Positions 19,144 to 27,460 of a stretch of DNA of 64,000 bases are shown in pieces. Every line of letters starts with the position of its first letter. The first letter of the stretch is position 1. The stretch lies in the NCBI GenBank assembly GCA_965242675.1, contig CBDESW010000004.1:301862-365861 (forward strand). Reading direction: 5' to 3'. The position numbers and the translations under genes are program-made. Under the pieces are notes generated by a model that had not been told where the DNA came from, searched no databases, and worked only from the letters and a program-made list of their open reading frames with translations. The DNA comes from Dehalococcoidia bacterium (GTDB taxonomy: Bacteria > Chloroflexota > Dehalococcoidia > Lucifugimonadales > UBA1123).

Positions 19144-21852
19144 ATGTTCAAAGACAGAGCGTTGATTCTGGGTTTGGCGGTCGCCGCGCTCGGCGTCGTC
19201 TTCAGCGTGTCCGTGTACCTGCTCGCCTCCATCTTCCTGTCGGTAAGGCAGGAAGTTCGGCTGGCGGGCTTGGACGTGTCTCCGCGCAGCATCTTGTTCG
19301 CGAACATTGGGGACTCAGACTCCCTGTCCGCTCGCGGCTACTACTCCGACCGCTCCTTCGGCGAGTGGGAGGACGAAGTTTCCTACACATCGACAAACCC
19401 GTCTGTCGCGTCCGTGAACGCGCGCGGAGTCGTCACCGCCCAGGCGACGGGCGCGGCGGACATCGTGGCGAGCCACGGCGGCTTCAGCGTCGACATTCCC
19501 GTCATCGTGTACGGCGAAGTCAGGGTGGCGCCGCCGGTCGACCCCGCCATGGTCGGCGTCGTCCCCGCGATAGACCCGGAAATCCCCGTCGTGCGAAACC
19601 GCGTCATGGTGGAGCTGATACCCGGCTACGGCTTGCCGGACGCGCAGGCGCTGGCGGCGACCATCGGCGGCGGCGTGGCGTTTTCATACCGGACGTTTCC
19701 CGGACACATCATCGAATTCGACCCGTTCACCCTGGATTTGGAGACGGCGCTGACCGCGATGGAGTCCAACCCGATTGTGGAAGCCGCGTACCCGGACATC
19801 GTAATGGAGATTAGCGACCACCCCACGGATACGTTCATAAACAACCCTGCAGGCTCATCAAGCAGTCTGCCATATGAAGAAGCGGGTTTCGATAGGGCTT
19901 GGCAGATGATGGAGCGGATTGACGACCTCGCTCCCGTCAACATAGCCGTGATTGACGACGGCTTTTACGTCCCGCCGTTGCCCGCGTCCATCCGGCGCGA
20001 GTTCGACCCAAGCAGAATCATCGTGATTCCCCAAAAACAGCAGCAAACGACCGACCCGGATTTCCTATTCCACGGAACCGCGGTGTCATCCGTGATGGTC
20101 GCGGTCAACAACGAAGCGGAAGGCGATGGTCCTTCCGACCTTAGCGGCGTTGTCTCTAGCGTTCCCGGACTAGAGCACAACCTCCATGTATTCGCCACTG
20201 GCACAGGCGGCGGCGGAATAGCGCGCTCTGCCTCGACCGCGGCTTTGGAAACAATCGAGTTGATGCAGGACAGCGTTGACGCGGTGAATATGAGTTATGA
20301 ACGCAGGTTGTCCTCCGACTTCATTGAGAGATGGAAATTCTATCTTAGGGATAGGCGAGACGACCTTGCGGAGGACATGCCCATGGTGACGTTTGTAGCG
20401 GCGGCGGGCAACTGCGAATGGGACGCTTCGACGACAGAGCCGGCGAGATGGTCGCTCAACCTTCCGAACGCCATCACCGTCGGCGGCACTGACAACGGTC
20501 ACGCCGAACGTTGGGATACGAACTACATGCCGTCAAATTGCGGAACTCATTTCGCAGGTTCCGCGTTTGGCCCCCCAATCAGCGTAGCGGCGCCGGCGGA
20601 GGGAGTGTTGGTGTTAAGCGCCGGGGCGTCCAGCCGTCAACAACCAAGCGCCGGGGACGCCTATCAATCTAACGGCACATCCTTCGCCGCGCCGATGGTG
20701 ACCGGAACCGCCGCGTTGCTTCGCGCCATTTCGCCCGACATTTCGCCTAGCGAGATACGCCGAATCCTGCGCGACTCGGCGGATATGAAATGGATATGCG
20801 CGTCCAACAACCCCATAAGCGCATGCCCGCCCTCGGATCAGGAAGAGTGGCCGTTCCTGCGGGCGGATAGGGCGGTTGACATGCTGCTGTCGCGGCTCGT
20901 GGACGCCGAGATAGACCCGCCGCCGCCGCTCGTGCGAGCGTCGACGACCGGATACGCGGAAATCGAGGCGACTGTCCGCAACGCCGGAACAAGAACTTGG
21001 CCCTTCCATGTCGAGGCGTGGGCGCGGTCTCCCGCCGGCGATGAATTCTCGCTCGGCGCGGTCGAACCGGCGATTGCGCCCGGGGAATCCCACCCGGTCA
21101 GATGGGCGTTCGCGTTTCGCGACCCCGGCGTATGGGACCTGAGCATACTCGTCAGCAGGGACGACACCCGCGACACGCCGCTTGCGCTGTCGGACTGGGG
21201 GGAAGCGCGGATAGAAGTTCCGCCGTCCGCCGTAGGCGCGACGCCCGCCGCGCAACCCAGCGCGCCCGCCGCGCCGCCGCCGTCCACTCCGGGAGGCGCG
21301 ACGCAGCAAGACGCCAACGTGATTTTGCTGGCGGACACCAGCGGCAGCATGGAAGGTCCCAAAATCCAGGCGTTGCGGGAGTCCGTCGCGCAGTTCATCG
21401 CGAGGGTGGACGACCCCGGCGAGTTCGTGGGGCTTGTGGACTTCGACAGCGGCTTCAGCGAAGCCGTGCCGCTCGCCCCGCTGGGCGACGACCTCAGCGC
21501 CTGGGAATACGCCGTCGCCACGCTGGACGGCGAAGGCGGCACGGCGTTTTACGACGCCGTCATAAGCGCCGCGTCGGTTCTGGAATCGCGCGGCGCGCCC
21601 GGACGGGTCAACATAATGATAGCCCTGACCGACGGCATGGACCAAGACAGCGCCGCGTCCCTAGACGACGCGATACGGGCGCTCGAGCGGTCGTCCGTCC
21701 CCATACTCATGTACGCCGTCGCCTACGGGGAGCCGGGCGATTACGACCTGGACGCGCTGGAGCGCCTCGCGGAAGCGACGGGCGGCGCGGCGTACACCGC
21801 CGACCCGGTGAACCTGGATCGGCTGTACACCCTGCTGACCACACTGTTCTAA
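19144..21852 (+). CDS. Membrane-anchored multidomain S8 subtilisin-like protease with Big_2-like, propeptide-like and CARDB-like segments and a C-terminal vWA domain
   Basis: N-terminal TM anchor. Big_2-like STNPSVASVNARGVVTAQATGAADIVA. S8 triad contexts IAVIDDGF (Asp), FHGTAVSSVM (His), NGTSFAAPMVTGTAALL (Ser). C-terminal vWA with MIDAS DTSGS (nt 21334-21348) and ...ALTDGMDQDS. Confidence 0.85.
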   Translation: MFKDRALILGLAVAALGVVFSVSVYLLASIFLSVRQEVRLAGLDVSPRSILFANIGDSDSLSARGYYSDRSFGEWEDEVSYTSTNPSVASVNARGVVTAQATGAADIVASHGGFSVDIPVIVYGEVRVAPPVDPAMVGVVPAIDPEIPVVRNRVMVELIPGYGLPDAQALAATIGGGVAFSYRTFPGHIIEFDPFTLDLETALTAMESNPIVEAAYPDIVMEISDHPTDTFINNPAGSSSSLPYEEAGFDRAWQMMERIDDLAPVNIAVIDDGFYVPPLPASIRREFDPSRIIVIPQKQQQTTDPDFLFHGTAVSSVMVAVNNEAEGDGPSDLSGVVSSVPGLEHNLHVFATGTGGGGIARSASTAALETIELMQDSVDAVNMSYERRLSSDFIERWKFYLRDRRDDLAEDMPMVTFVAAAGNCEWDASTTEPARWSLNLPNAITVGGTDNGHAERWDTNYMPSNCGTHFAGSAFGPPISVAAPAEGVLVLSAGASSRQQPSAGDAYQSNGTSFAAPMVTGTAALLRAISPDISPSEIRRILRDSADMKWICASNNPISACPPSDQEEWPFLRADRAVDMLLSRLVDAEIDPPPPLVRASTTGYAEIEATVRNAGTRTWPFHVEAWARSPAGDEFSLGAVEPAIAPGESHPVRWAFAFRDPGVWDLSILVSRDDTRDTPLALSDWGEARIEVPPSAVGATPAAQPSAPAAPPPSTPGGATQQDANVILLADTSGSMEGPKIQALRESVAQFIARVDDPGEFVGLVDFDSGFSEAVPLAPLGDDLSAWEYAVATLDGEGGTAFYDAVISAASVLESRGAPGRVNIMIALTDGMDQDSAASLDDAIRALERSSVPILMYAVAYGEPGDYDLDALERLAEATGGAAYTADPVNLDRLYTLLTTLF

Positions 21853-21924
21853 AGCCGGCGCCCGCAACGGCGCGAACCCAGACGCGGACGGCGGCGAATC
21901 GGACCAACCGAAAGGAGCGATGAA

Positions 21925-22917
21925 ATGAGAGAGAAGATAGAAGCCCTGCCAATCGGAAGGCGCTCGCTTAACGCGGCGGTCATCGCCGTCGCTCTGCTGG
22001 CGTTGCTTGGCGCGACCGCCCTGCTGTTCGGGGCGTGTCGGGGGGACCAGTCGGCGAGGACGACCATCAGCGCCGGCTGGGAGCATACCTGCGCGTTGCG
22101 GGAAGACGGCTCCGCGCGATGCTGGGGCGCCGATGACGTCGGTCAGTCGTCGCCGCCCAGAAACGATGTATTCACAACCATCAGCGCCGGCGGCCCGCAC
22201 GCCTGCGGGTTGCTGGAAGACGGCTCGGCGCGATGCTGGGGAGCGGAATCCAGCGACAGCGACTACGGCCAAGCGTCCCCGCCCAGAAACGAGACGTTCA
22301 AAGCCATCAGCGCCGGCAACGTTCACACCTGCGCGTTGCGGGAAGACGGCTCGGCGCGGTGCTGGGGAGCGGAATCCAACGACGGCGACGTTGGCCAGGC
22401 GTCCCCGCCCAGAAACGAGACGTTCAAAGCCATCAGCGCCGGCAGTTTGCACACCTGCGCGCTGCGGGAAGACGGCGCGGCGCTGTGCTGGGGAGTGGAG
22501 GACGACGATTTCGACTACGGCCAGGCGTCCCCGCCTAGAAATGAGACGTTCAAAGCCATCAGCGCCGGCGGGGCTCACACTTGCGGATTGCGGGAAGACG
22601 GCACGGCGCGATGCTGGGGCGCGGAGTCCAACCGAGTCGACTACGGCCAAGCGTCCCCGCCCAGAGATGAGACGTTCACAGCCATAAGCGCCGGCAGTTA
22701 TCACACCTGCGGGTTGCGGGCGGACCGCACGGCGCTGTGCTGGGGAAGAAATAATGACGAGCAAGCGTCCCCGCCCAGAAATGACGAGTTCATAGCCATC
22801 ACCGCCGGCGTCGAGCATACCTGCGCGCTGCGTTCGGACGGCACGGCGCGATGCTGGGGCGGCGACCGTTACGGTCAGGCGTCCCCGCGCAGAATCGACA
22901 CATTCGCCCTGCCCTGA
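21925..22917 (+). CDS. RCC1-repeat beta-propeller protein (about 6-7 blades), secreted or lipoprotein
   Basis: AAAGGAG SD 7 nt upstream. Signal peptide ending FGAC. Repeats of ISAGxxHTC(A/G)LREDGSARCWGAExxxxDYGQASPPRNETFKA. Confidence 0.85.
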   Translation: MREKIEALPIGRRSLNAAVIAVALLALLGATALLFGACRGDQSARTTISAGWEHTCALREDGSARCWGADDVGQSSPPRNDVFTTISAGGPHACGLLEDGSARCWGAESSDSDYGQASPPRNETFKAISAGNVHTCALREDGSARCWGAESNDGDVGQASPPRNETFKAISAGSLHTCALREDGAALCWGVEDDDFDYGQASPPRNETFKAISAGGAHTCGLREDGTARCWGAESNRVDYGQASPPRDETFTAISAGSYHTCGLRADRTALCWGRNNDEQASPPRNDEFIAITAGVEHTCALRSDGTARCWGGDRYGQASPRRIDTFALP

Positions 22918-22991
22918 TTCGGTCGCGCTCAGCCAACAGACCATCCGCGCGAGCGTTCAACAAGCCAACATGAGAGAGAGAGAGCCGCAAA

Positions 22992-25835
22992 ATGAAGTTC
23001 GGAGCGTCAACCCTAGCCCTAGCCATCATCATCCTCGCGTCGGCGCTTGCCTCGGCGTGCGGCGACCAGCGCCCGCCGCGCCCGCCCCGCCCGCCGCGCA
23101 TAGCGGTGGTCGACGCGCCGACGGCGACTCCCGCCCCCGAATCCGCGCGCTCGGCTCCAGCCGAAAGACCGCCCGCGCAAGCGCAAGCGTCGCCCGCATC
23201 CACGCAGACGCCTGCAATCCCGGCTACTCCCGCGCCGGAAATCCCGCCTGCGCCCGCGCCGCCCAAACTGACGCTCCAACCGACAAAGCAAACCATCAGC
23301 GCCGGCGGCGACGGGACCTGCGCGTTGCGCGATAATGGAACGGCGGTGTGCTGGGGGGATGCTTCGTCCCCCATTGGCGAGACTTTCACAACCATCAGCG
23401 CCGGCGATGATTCTAGTTATTCTGAAATCTGCGCGTTGCGCGCGGACGGCACAGCGTGGTGTGACGACTTGTCCCCGCCTATAGGCGAGACGTTCACAAC
23501 CGTCAGCGTCGGATATGACTACGCTTGCGCGTTGCGGGAAGACGGCTCGGCGGTATGCTGGGGAAGTGATAAAGCAGGGCGGTTGTCCCCGCCCGACGGC
23601 GAGACATTCGCGGCAATCAGCGCCGGCAATTCTCATACCTGCGCGTTGCGAGCGGACGGAACGGCGGTATGCTGGGGCGCGGAAGGCGACGAGTACGACA
23701 TTGGTCAGGCGTCCCCGCCCAGCGGCGAGACATTCGCCGCCATCAGCGCCGGCTACCGCCACACCTGCGCGTTGCGAGCGGACGGAACGGCGGTATGCTG
23801 GGGCGCGGAATCCAATCGAGTCGACTTCCGAGTCGACTACGGCCAAGCGTCCCCGCCCGACGGCGAGACATTCGTAGCCATCGGCGCCGGAGAACAACAC
23901 ACCTGCGCGTTGCGCGCGGACGGTTCAGCAAGATGCTGGGGGGATGGAAGAGGAGGTGTAACGTCCCCGCCCAGAGACGAGACCTTCGTTGCCATTGGCG
24001 TCGGCGGTCATCACACCTGCGCGTTGCGCGCGGATGGCGCGGCGGTATGCTGGGGGGATAGCCAATACGGTCGAACGGCCTCGCCCAGAGGCGAGACATT
24101 CGCGACGTCGTCGGCGAAAATTAAAATCGCGCCAGTCGAGCCGCCCGCGCCGGTCAATCTGACGGTCCATCCAACATCTAAAACCATCAGCTCCGGCAGC
24201 CGGCATACCTGCGGTTTGCGCGAGGATGGCGAGGCGATATGCTGGGGGGATAACGAAGATGATCAGTCGTCCCCGCCCAGCGGTGAGACATTCACATCCA
24301 TCAGCGCCGGCGTTCGGCACACCTGCGCGTTGCGCACGGACGGAACGGCGATATGCTGGGGGGATAACGAAGCCGGTCAGTCGTCCCCGCCGAGCGGCGA
24401 GACATTCGTTGCCATCAGCGCCGGCGATTGGCATACCTGCGGGTTGCGCGCGGACGGAACGGCGATATGCTGGGGGTGGAATGGTGAAGGTCAGGCGTCC
24501 CCTCCGAGCGGCGAGACATTCGCGGCGATCAGCGCCGGCGATTGGCACACCTGCGCGTTGCGCGCGGACGGAACGGCGATATGCTGGGGGAACAACTATC
24601 TCGGCCAGGCGTCACCGCCGAGCGGCGAGACATTCACAACCATCAGCGCCGGCGATTGGCACACCTGCGCGTTGCGCGCGGACGGAACGGCGATATGCTG
24701 GGGGAACAACGAAGACGGTGAGGCGTCCCCTCCGAGCGGCGAGACATTCGCGGCCATCAGCGCCGGCGATAAACACACCTGCGCGTTTAGAAAAGACGGC
24801 TCGGCGGTATGCTGGGGGGACAACGAAGACGGTCAGTCGTCCCCGCCCGACGGAGAGACGTTCGTAGCCATCAGCGCAGGCTCCGGGCATACCTGCGCGT
24901 TGCGCCTGGACGGCGTGGCGAGATGCTGGGGCCAGAACTATATTAGTCAGGCGTCCCTATCAAGCGGCGTGAAGATTGCGTCAGCAACGCCGTCCGAGCC
25001 GGTCAATTTGACGGTCCAACCGACAGTTAAAACCATCAGCGCCGGCGCTTGGCATACCTGCGGGTTGCGCGCGGACGGAACGGCGATATGCTGGGGGTGG
25101 AATGGTGAAGGTCAGGCGTCCCCGCCCAGCGGCGAGACTTTCGCAACCATCAGCGCCGGCTCTTACCACACCTGCGGGTTGCGCGCGGACGGAACGGCGG
25201 TATGCTGGGGAGGGGAAGGCGACGATAACATTGGTCAGTTGTCCTTGTCCCCGCCGAGCGGCGAGACATTCGCGGCCATCAGCGCCGGATTTGGGCATAC
25301 TTGCGGGTTGCGCGCGGACGGCGCGGCGATATGCTGGGGGTGGAACGAAGACGGTCAGTCGTCCCCTCCGAGCGGCGAGACTTTCGCGACTATCAGCGCT
25401 GGCTATCGGCATACCTGCGCGTTGCGCGCGGATGGAACGGCGCGATGCTGGGGGAGTGGCCAGACGTCCCCGCTGAGCGGCGAGACATTCATAGCCATCA
25501 GCGCTGAATTTGGGCATACCTGCGGGTTGCGCGCGGACGGAACGGCGCGATGCTGGTGGAGAGGCCAGTCGTCCCCGCTGAGCGGCGAGACATTCATAGC
25601 CATCAGCGCCGGATTTGGGCATACCTGCGCGTTGCGCCCGGACGGAACGGCGCGATGCTGGGGAGCGGAAGGCGGCGATTCTGATTATGGCCAGTCGTCC
25701 CCGCCGAGCGGCGAGACATTCGTAGCCATCAGCGCCGGATTTGGGCATACCTGCGCGTTGCGAGCGAACGGAACTGCGACATGCTGGGGGCGTAACGGAT
25801 CCCCGCCCGACGGCGTGACGTTCGCTCTGCCCTGA
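22992..25835 (+). CDS. Large RCC1-repeat protein (three propeller-sized blocks), lipoprotein
   Basis: Lipobox LASAC and a Pro/Ala linker. About 17 RCC1 repeats (ISAGDWHTCALRADGTAICWGxNxxGQ(A/S)SPPSGETF) fall in three blocks separated by KIAPVEPPAPVNLTVHPTSKTIS-type and KIASATPSEPVNLTVQPTVKTIS-type linkers. Confidence 0.85.
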   Translation: MKFGASTLALAIIILASALASACGDQRPPRPPRPPRIAVVDAPTATPAPESARSAPAERPPAQAQASPASTQTPAIPATPAPEIPPAPAPPKLTLQPTKQTISAGGDGTCALRDNGTAVCWGDASSPIGETFTTISAGDDSSYSEICALRADGTAWCDDLSPPIGETFTTVSVGYDYACALREDGSAVCWGSDKAGRLSPPDGETFAAISAGNSHTCALRADGTAVCWGAEGDEYDIGQASPPSGETFAAISAGYRHTCALRADGTAVCWGAESNRVDFRVDYGQASPPDGETFVAIGAGEQHTCALRADGSARCWGDGRGGVTSPPRDETFVAIGVGGHHTCALRADGAAVCWGDSQYGRTASPRGETFATSSAKIKIAPVEPPAPVNLTVHPTSKTISSGSRHTCGLREDGEAICWGDNEDDQSSPPSGETFTSISAGVRHTCALRTDGTAICWGDNEAGQSSPPSGETFVAISAGDWHTCGLRADGTAICWGWNGEGQASPPSGETFAAISAGDWHTCALRADGTAICWGNNYLGQASPPSGETFTTISAGDWHTCALRADGTAICWGNNEDGEASPPSGETFAAISAGDKHTCAFRKDGSAVCWGDNEDGQSSPPDGETFVAISAGSGHTCALRLDGVARCWGQNYISQASLSSGVKIASATPSEPVNLTVQPTVKTISAGAWHTCGLRADGTAICWGWNGEGQASPPSGETFATISAGSYHTCGLRADGTAVCWGGEGDDNIGQLSLSPPSGETFAAISAGFGHTCGLRADGAAICWGWNEDGQSSPPSGETFATISAGYRHTCALRADGTARCWGSGQTSPLSGETFIAISAEFGHTCGLRADGTARCWWRGQSSPLSGETFIAISAGFGHTCALRPDGTARCWGAEGGDSDYGQSSPPSGETFVAISAGFGHTCALRANGTATCWGRNGSPPDGVTFALP

Positions 25836-25907
25836 TTATCGGTCGCGTCCAGCCAACAATCCGTCAAGCGCGTTAGCCAAGCCAGCATGAGCGAGAAGAG
25901 CCGCAAA

Positions 25908-26939
25908 ATGAAGTTCGGAGCGTCAACCCTAGCCATAGCCATCATCATACTCGCGTCGGCGCTGGTTGCGGCATGCGCCGACCAGCCCGCGCCGCGACCG
26001 CCGCGACCGCCGCGCATAACGGTGGTCGAGCCGCCGACGGCGACTCCCGCGACCGAATCCGCGCGTTCGGCTCCAGCCGAAAAGCCGCCCGCGCAAGCGC
26101 CGGCTAAACTGACGCTCCAACCAACAAAGCAAGCCATCAGCGCCGGGTGGGAACACACCTGCGCGTTGCGCGAGGATGGAACGGCGACATGCTGGGGGGA
26201 TAACGAGGACGGTCAGTCGTCCCCGCCCAGCGGCGAGACGTTTGTAGCCATCAGCGCCGGCGGCGACCACACCTGCGCGTTGCGTGCAGACGGCGCGGCG
26301 ATATGCTGGGGGGATAACGGGGACGGTCAGTCGTCCCCGCCCAGCGGCGAGACGTTCGTTGCCATCAGCGCTGGCGCTTGGCATACCTGCGCTCTGCGCG
26401 CGGACGGCGCGGCGATATGCTGGGGGTGGAATGAATACAGTCAGTCGTCCCCGCCCAGTGGCGAGACGTTCGTTGCCATCAGTGCCCGCTGGTATCACAC
26501 CTGCGCGTTGCGCGAAGACGGCGCGGCGATATGCTGGGGGTGGAATGATGAAGGTCAGTCGTCCCCGCCCAGCGGCGAGACGTTCGTAGCCATCAGCACC
26601 GGCGACCACCACACTTGCGGGTTGCGCGCAGACGGCGAAGCGGTATGCTGGGGGCGTAACGATTACGGTCCGGCGTCCCCGCCGAGCGACGAGACGTTCG
26701 CCGCCATCAGCGCCGGCAACGCGCACACCTGCGCGTTGCGCGAGAACGGAACGGCGATATGCTGGGGAAACGACTCTTACGGCCAGTCGTCCCCGCTGAG
26801 CGACGATACGTTCGTAGCCATCAGCACCGGCGGCCACCACACTTGCGGGTTGCGCGCAGACGGCGAAGCGGTATGCTGGGGGCGTAACGACTACCGCCAG
26901 GCGTCCCCGCCCGGCGGCGTGACGTTCGCTCTGCCCTGA
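25908..26939 (+). CDS. RCC1-repeat beta-propeller lipoprotein
   Basis: Start set at the ATG at 25908 (MKFGASTLAIAIIILASALVAAC), which is homologous to the start of the 22992 gene. Seven RCC1 repeats. Ends in VTFALP like its paralogues. Confidence 0.85.
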   Translation: MKFGASTLAIAIIILASALVAACADQPAPRPPRPPRITVVEPPTATPATESARSAPAEKPPAQAPAKLTLQPTKQAISAGWEHTCALREDGTATCWGDNEDGQSSPPSGETFVAISAGGDHTCALRADGAAICWGDNGDGQSSPPSGETFVAISAGAWHTCALRADGAAICWGWNEYSQSSPPSGETFVAISARWYHTCALREDGAAICWGWNDEGQSSPPSGETFVAISTGDHHTCGLRADGEAVCWGRNDYGPASPPSDETFAAISAGNAHTCALRENGTAICWGNDSYGQSSPLSDDTFVAISTGGHHTCGLRADGEAVCWGRNDYRQASPPGGVTFALP

Positions 26940-27022
26940 TTCGGGCGCGTTCGACAAGCCAGCGTGAGAAAGCCGCCGAATGACATGAGCGGCGAATCGG
27001 CTCAACCGAAAGGAGCGATGAA

Positions 27023-27436
27023 ATGAGAATAACAATGAGGTTCTTTGGACTGGCGCTCAAGGCGCTGGTCTTCACCTTCTTGCTCTACATAGTGTGGGGC
27101 GCGGTCATTGGGGTCGGCGTCGCGATGATAGTGGTCGCCCTCCCCGGCGTATCCGTCCTGGCGCTGATAGGCGCGCTGATCGCGATTTTCGGAGCGGCGA
27201 TGGCGTTGCTGTCTTTGTCCGCCGTCCTAATCAAAATCTCCGTTGAGGAGGCGACGCATCAGACGACGAGACAGGCGGAGCGGCGTATGGACGCGGAGAT
27301 GTGGCGCGTCCGGCAGTCGTCAAGGCGGGCGTCGAGGCCGAACAGCCGCGCCGAGAGGCCCATAAGCGAAAGGCCCGGACCGCTTTCGGAAGCGGCGCGC
27401 CGCCGCCGAGACGCCAACCGGTCCGACCGAAACTGA
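27023..27436 (+). CDS. Small membrane protein, one copy of a 2-TM + basic-tail module
   Basis: FFGLALKALVFTFLLYIVWGAVIGVG... has two hydrophobic helices, then a basic tail containing GPLSEA. The SD and first codons are identical to those of the 21925 gene. Confidence 0.55.
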   Translation: MRITMRFFGLALKALVFTFLLYIVWGAVIGVGVAMIVVALPGVSVLALIGALIAIFGAAMALLSLSAVLIKISVEEATHQTTRQAERRMDAEMWRVRQSSRRASRPNSRAERPISERPGPLSEAARRRRDANRSDRN

Positions 27437-27460
27437 AACTGATGGGAAAGGAACGCTGAA

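Noticed and set aside
21661-27035. Long minus-strand ORFs (21661-22944, 23019-23900, 24981-25748, 25929-27035) with their own internal repeats
   Set aside because: Their periodicity is just the mirror image of the RCC1 blade repeats on the plus strand. The plus-strand frames carry signal peptides and the canonical RCC1 consensus.
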